A stretch of DNA of 64,000 nucleotides from assembly GCA_947630335.1 (NCBI GenBank), contig CANRHE010000001.1, positions 620-64,619 on the forward strand. The letters run 5' to 3'. Position numbers and translations under genes: made by a program. Of the stretch, positions 60,345-64,000 are shown piece after piece (positions within the stretch are counted from its first letter, which is position 1; every line of letters begins with the position of its first letter). The stretch comes from an uncultured Sphingobacterium sp. (GTDB lineage: Bacteria > Bacteroidota > Bacteroidia > Sphingobacteriales > Sphingobacteriaceae). Below the pieces are notes generated by a model. It was not told the origin of the DNA. It did no database searches and worked only from the letters and a program-made list of their open reading frames with translations.

Positions 60345-62789
60345 TTATTCTTCGTCAATCTCTTCGTCTTTCTTTTTCTTCTTGAATATTTTTTTAAAAA
60401 AAGAATCTGTACTATTTACGGCTTTCCCGACTCCCTGTCCTACGTCTTTAGCTGCTTTACCGACTTCATGACCCACATCTTTAGCCACTTTACCAACTTC
60501 TTGTGTTCCTTTTTTGATACCCGATACCGCTTTCCCCCCTGTTATAGCTAAATTAATTAATTTAGCCTCTTTTTCGGGGCTAATTCCTACACTTTGGACT
60601 ATCCCCTGCAGTAAACTCTGCCATAACGTTTTGAAAAAAGGATAATTAGGGACTCTTTTATAATCTACTTGGCCGACAATAAAATTCCCTTTTGAATCTG
60701 GATTACTCGAGTTTACTAACACTTTGTTGACTAAAAAAGACAATGTCTTTTTGGCTTTAAGATCATCTCCATCTTTAGTAGCAGTAAGAATATTGACCTT
60801 TAGATCATCATAATAGAATTTAAAGACACCCCAATTTTTATGATCTGTTCCTTCCATATTGAAAGAAATCTTATTAATATTCCCGGATGCTAATTGCACA
60901 CTAGCTAAAGGTTCTAGAATTTTATTAAATGCAGTTGCTGACATAGGAGCTAAATCCCCTTGATAGGTATAATATCCACCCTTTCGCAACATATCAAAAC
61001 CAAACTTGACATGAAGCGTTGCTTTGTCCATAACTTGAGCTTTTAGGTCTGCTCTCATGTATTGGTTGTGAGCCAGCTGCGGCTTATAGTTGGTCACATT
61101 CGTCAATGTACCTCGGGCATTATCGAAAGTAATAACGCCAACACCATCCGTATCTGCACTATGTTCGGCATAACGAACAGACACATTATTTACATACACC
61201 GTATCGATCTGAAAGCCGTTGGGTATCTTCATCAATTGTTCATAAGGATCATGACCAATCATATTTCGATACACATGAGGATAACGCAGATCTTGATAAA
61301 ATGCGGCTAAGCCATCCGAAACATGCATAGACTGCGCGAAGAGTTCTTGATTCCGCACAAGTCTCACAAAATCGACAGCATCCAATCGCATTGCACCAAG
61401 ACTAACATTATTCATCGTAATGTTTTTCTTTTTCAATCGATAAAACTCTTCTTTACTAATTCTTGGTTTATATTCTATGTTTCCAAGAGTTAGCCCCCCT
61501 GCTTTAGTATTAAGGCGCAAATCGTTAAAGGCTACATAATAAATACCTCCAGGAAGATTATAGGTAAACTGCGGCACTTCTAGGTTGACCATTTTGGAAT
61601 AAAATACTCGTGTAGGATCATTAAAAGAAGTCGAGTCAAGGAGCACTCCCTCTAGCGCCACGTTGACATTTTGCAAGTTAATGGATTTGTTATTACCATT
61701 TTCTCGATTGATATGCTTAAAAGACACTTTCTGAAGGTTTATCTTGTCTACAGACACATAATTAAGATACTCTTTAATATGATCATATAGAGATTCTTTG
61801 ACCTTATGTTTCGAAGAATGTGAATTAAAGTCATAGCCATGATGCACCAATTGAATTGTAGGTTTATTCAAGTCAATTTCGCTAATAGCCAATTTATTTT
61901 TCAACAATATATCGGAAAGACTAAATCCTTTAATAGCCAGAGAATCAAATGTTAGGCTCAACTGATTAGAAGGTGCTTTTTTGTCCAATACGAGTGCTTG
62001 ATAAGCTTCATCATTGGGAGTTAGGATCACTCTACCCACGGAGGCCAAACCCTTTTTTGAATCTATATTAAAATCTTTTATGGAAGCTGCATACAAACCG
62101 CCAGATAAATTATAAGTAAACGCTGGAATATGTAATTCAATAGATTTAGTGTAAAAAAGCCTCGAGGTATCTTGAAAAGAATTTTCATCGATGAGGAGAC
62201 CTTCTACTTGTAATCTTACTTTCTTCAGATTAACGGCACTATATACACTATCTACTATCTTTGTATATGTAAAATTAACGGTATCTAGTTTGATAGCTCC
62301 GACTTCAAAAGATTTAAACAACTCTTTAAAATCGTCATAAATAGTTTCTTTTTTGTCGTTAGGTATGCTATCATTGAAGGCATGTTGCTGATGGACAACA
62401 TGTACATCAGGACTTTCTAGTTGAATACTACTAATGGAAAGCTTCTTACTGAACAAGATATCAGCAAGACTAAAGTGTTTGACACGCAATTGTTTCAGTT
62501 TCACATGAAACTGACTATTAGGCGCCTTCTTTTCTTTAATTAATTGCTGATAGACTACCGAATCAGGAATCAACTCCACACTATCGAAAGTTACGTTTCC
62601 AAAGGATGGGTCAAAATCTAAATTTGAATAATGTAAAGTATATAAACCATTGGACGATTTATGAATGAGCTCTCTAAGCTTCTGATCGACAATCGGACTC
62701 CAATGTTTACTTAAATACCTCCCCCCAAGAAAAAATACCATAAGAAAAAAGGCAATAATTGCGAGAAACCATTTCCACCAATCCTTCAT
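60345..62789 (-). CDS. AsmA-like membrane-anchored beta-rich protein
   Basis: Single N-terminal TM; repeated beta modules; internal duplication; amphipathic C-terminus. Confidence 0.65.
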   Translation of the reverse strand: MKDWWKWFLAIIAFFLMVFFLGGRYLSKHWSPIVDQKLRELIHKSSNGLYTLHYSNLDFDPSFGNVTFDSVELIPDSVVYQQLIKEKKAPNSQFHVKLKQLRVKHFSLADILFSKKLSISSIQLESPDVHVVHQQHAFNDSIPNDKKETIYDDFKELFKSFEVGAIKLDTVNFTYTKIVDSVYSAVNLKKVRLQVEGLLIDENSFQDTSRLFYTKSIELHIPAFTYNLSGGLYAASIKDFNIDSKKGLASVGRVILTPNDEAYQALVLDKKAPSNQLSLTFDSLAIKGFSLSDILLKNKLAISEIDLNKPTIQLVHHGYDFNSHSSKHKVKESLYDHIKEYLNYVSVDKINLQKVSFKHINRENGNNKSINLQNVNVALEGVLLDSTSFNDPTRVFYSKMVNLEVPQFTYNLPGGIYYVAFNDLRLNTKAGGLTLGNIEYKPRISKEEFYRLKKKNITMNNVSLGAMRLDAVDFVRLVRNQELFAQSMHVSDGLAAFYQDLRYPHVYRNMIGHDPYEQLMKIPNGFQIDTVYVNNVSVRYAEHSADTDGVGVITFDNARGTLTNVTNYKPQLAHNQYMRADLKAQVMDKATLHVKFGFDMLRKGGYYTYQGDLAPMSATAFNKILEPLASVQLASGNINKISFNMEGTDHKNWGVFKFYYDDLKVNILTATKDGDDLKAKKTLSFLVNKVLVNSSNPDSKGNFIVGQVDYKRVPNYPFFKTLWQSLLQGIVQSVGISPEKEAKLINLAITGGKAVSGIKKGTQEVGKVAKDVGHEVGKAAKDVGQGVGKAVNSTDSFFKKIFKKKKKDEEIDEE

Positions 62790-62858
62790 TGATAATTAGT
62801 ATTTGATTTATTAATATAAAACAATATAGTAATGGTTTTGTTTGATTTTTAACTTCAA

Positions 62859-63779
62859 CTACCCTCTATTATCATCATTATTGTACATACTCAAGTAACT
62901 GTCATAACGAGATGGTTCAATTTCACCATTTTCAACAGCCTCTAACACCACACAACCAGGCTCATTGATATGACGACAATTATTAAACCTACATTTGTTC
63001 ATCAACAAACGCATCTCGGGAAAAAAGTGTGATAATTCTTGTTTCTCGATATCGACAATACCTAACTCCCGAATGCCGGGTGTATCGATGAGTTGTCCAC
63101 CAAAAGGAAGGTCAATCATCTCAGCAAAAGTAGTGGTATGTTTCCCCTTATCGGACCACCCCGAAATATCTCCTGTACGTAAGTCTAAATCTGGCACTAT
63201 ACTATTAATCAATGTCGATTTACCTACTCCAGAGTGCCCAGACACTAACGTAACTTTATCCTTTAAAAGGTTTTTAAGCGTATCAATATTTGTACCTAAT
63301 CGCGCAGAAACCTCATAACAAGCATATCCGAGAGCAGTGTAAATAGCTTTGTAATCTTGTAGCACCTCTAGACCTTCATCGCTAAACAAATCTAATTTAT
63401 TGAAAATAAGAATAGCAGGAATGTCGTAGGCCTCCGCTGTCACCAAAAAACGATCGATGAAACCTAGCGATGTCGGGGGAGACGCTAAAGTAACTACCAA
63501 AATAGCTTGATCAAGATTAGCACCTATTATTTGTGTTTGTTTTGAAAGGTTAACCGACTTCCGAATAATATAATTGCGACGAGGTTCTAATGTATGTATT
63601 ACCGCAGACTCTTGATCGGGCTCCACATCAAATCCTACCCAATCACCAACCGCTATGGGGTTAGTTGTTTTAATACCTTTAGTCCGAAACTTACCTTTAA
63701 TACGGCAATCATATACCTTTCCGTCCTCTCCCATCACTTGGTACCAACTGCCTGTAGATTTTCTGACTAATCCTCTCAT
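62859..63779 (-). CDS. rsgA: Small-subunit-dependent GTPase RsgA
   Basis: AVGDWV, NKLD, GHSGVGKST, GKHTTT, DTPG, CRFNNCRHINEPGC. Confidence 0.97.
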   Translation of the reverse strand: MRGLVRKSTGSWYQVMGEDGKVYDCRIKGKFRTKGIKTTNPIAVGDWVGFDVEPDQESAVIHTLEPRRNYIIRKSVNLSKQTQIIGANLDQAILVVTLASPPTSLGFIDRFLVTAEAYDIPAILIFNKLDLFSDEGLEVLQDYKAIYTALGYACYEVSARLGTNIDTLKNLLKDKVTLVSGHSGVGKSTLINSIVPDLDLRTGDISGWSDKGKHTTTFAEMIDLPFGGQLIDTPGIRELGIVDIEKQELSHFFPEMRLLMNKCRFNNCRHINEPGCVVLEAVENGEIEPSRYDSYLSMYNNDDNRG

Positions 63780-63891
63780 ATGTTTTTATTTTACAAAAAA
63801 TAGATCCTCTTACAAAAGTCGCAAAATTTTATTAATATCTTCATCTCTTGATTTTATTACCTTTGTATAGATACATTTAAAATATATTTTA

Positions 63892-64000
63892 GTGAAAAAG
63901 CTTTTTCTTCTCGACGGTATGGCTCTTATTTACAGAGCATTTTTTGCATTAAGTAAAGTGCCTCGTCTGACCTCATACGGATTTAATACTGGAGCTATAT
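63892..64000 (+). CDS. polA: DNA polymerase I, N-terminus (runs off window)
   Basis: Manual translation from GTG: MKKLFLLDGMALIYRAFFALSKVPRLTSYGFNTGAI, the 5'-3' exonuclease start. Confidence 0.88.
   Translation, partial: MKKLFLLDGMALIYRAFFALSKVPRLTSYGFNTGAI

Noticed and set aside
533-63870. The many 60-163 aa ORFs antisense to or nested within genes (e.g. 5773-6165, 40389-40880, 58003-58455)
   Set aside because: Shadow frames of well-supported genes with no recognisable motifs

Overview
AT-rich chromosomal segment of a Bacteroidota bacterium. The phylum call rests on SusC/SusD pairs, TAnnTTTG promoters and the lack of Shine-Dalgarno sites; Sphingobacteriaceae is an inference. Most of the window is housekeeping: pncA, asd, yebC, trhO, trmB, comM, ftsH, rsfS, birA, dsbD, pfkA, hemH, ispH, ndk, fabD, rnhB, ktr/trk, rsgA and the start of polA. 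Accessory or notable parts: (1) an ~8.4 kb integrase-free islet (ECF sigma, FecR, SusC, SusD, Tat-exported acid phosphatase) bracketed by a long direct repeat of the GT2 3' end plus DUF3820 gene, whose downstream copy is decayed; (2) an enzyme-free IPT/NHL-SusC-SusD-lipoprotein locus; (3) an IS1182-family element inserted in the exact centre of a palindromic terminator (8-bp TSD) that carries its own hairpins at both ends; (4) an OmpR-type two-component system divergent from a DUF4270-like/Kelch lipoprotein pair, with 10-bp phased boxes and an unannotated 33-aa membrane ORF; (5) an inverted 11-bp-period repeat array after rnhB; (6) an AAAC-N16-TGTTT motif shared by two distant promoters. No rRNA, tRNA, CRISPR array, prophage or defence system was seen. 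All family assignments come from motif recognition, not database searches.
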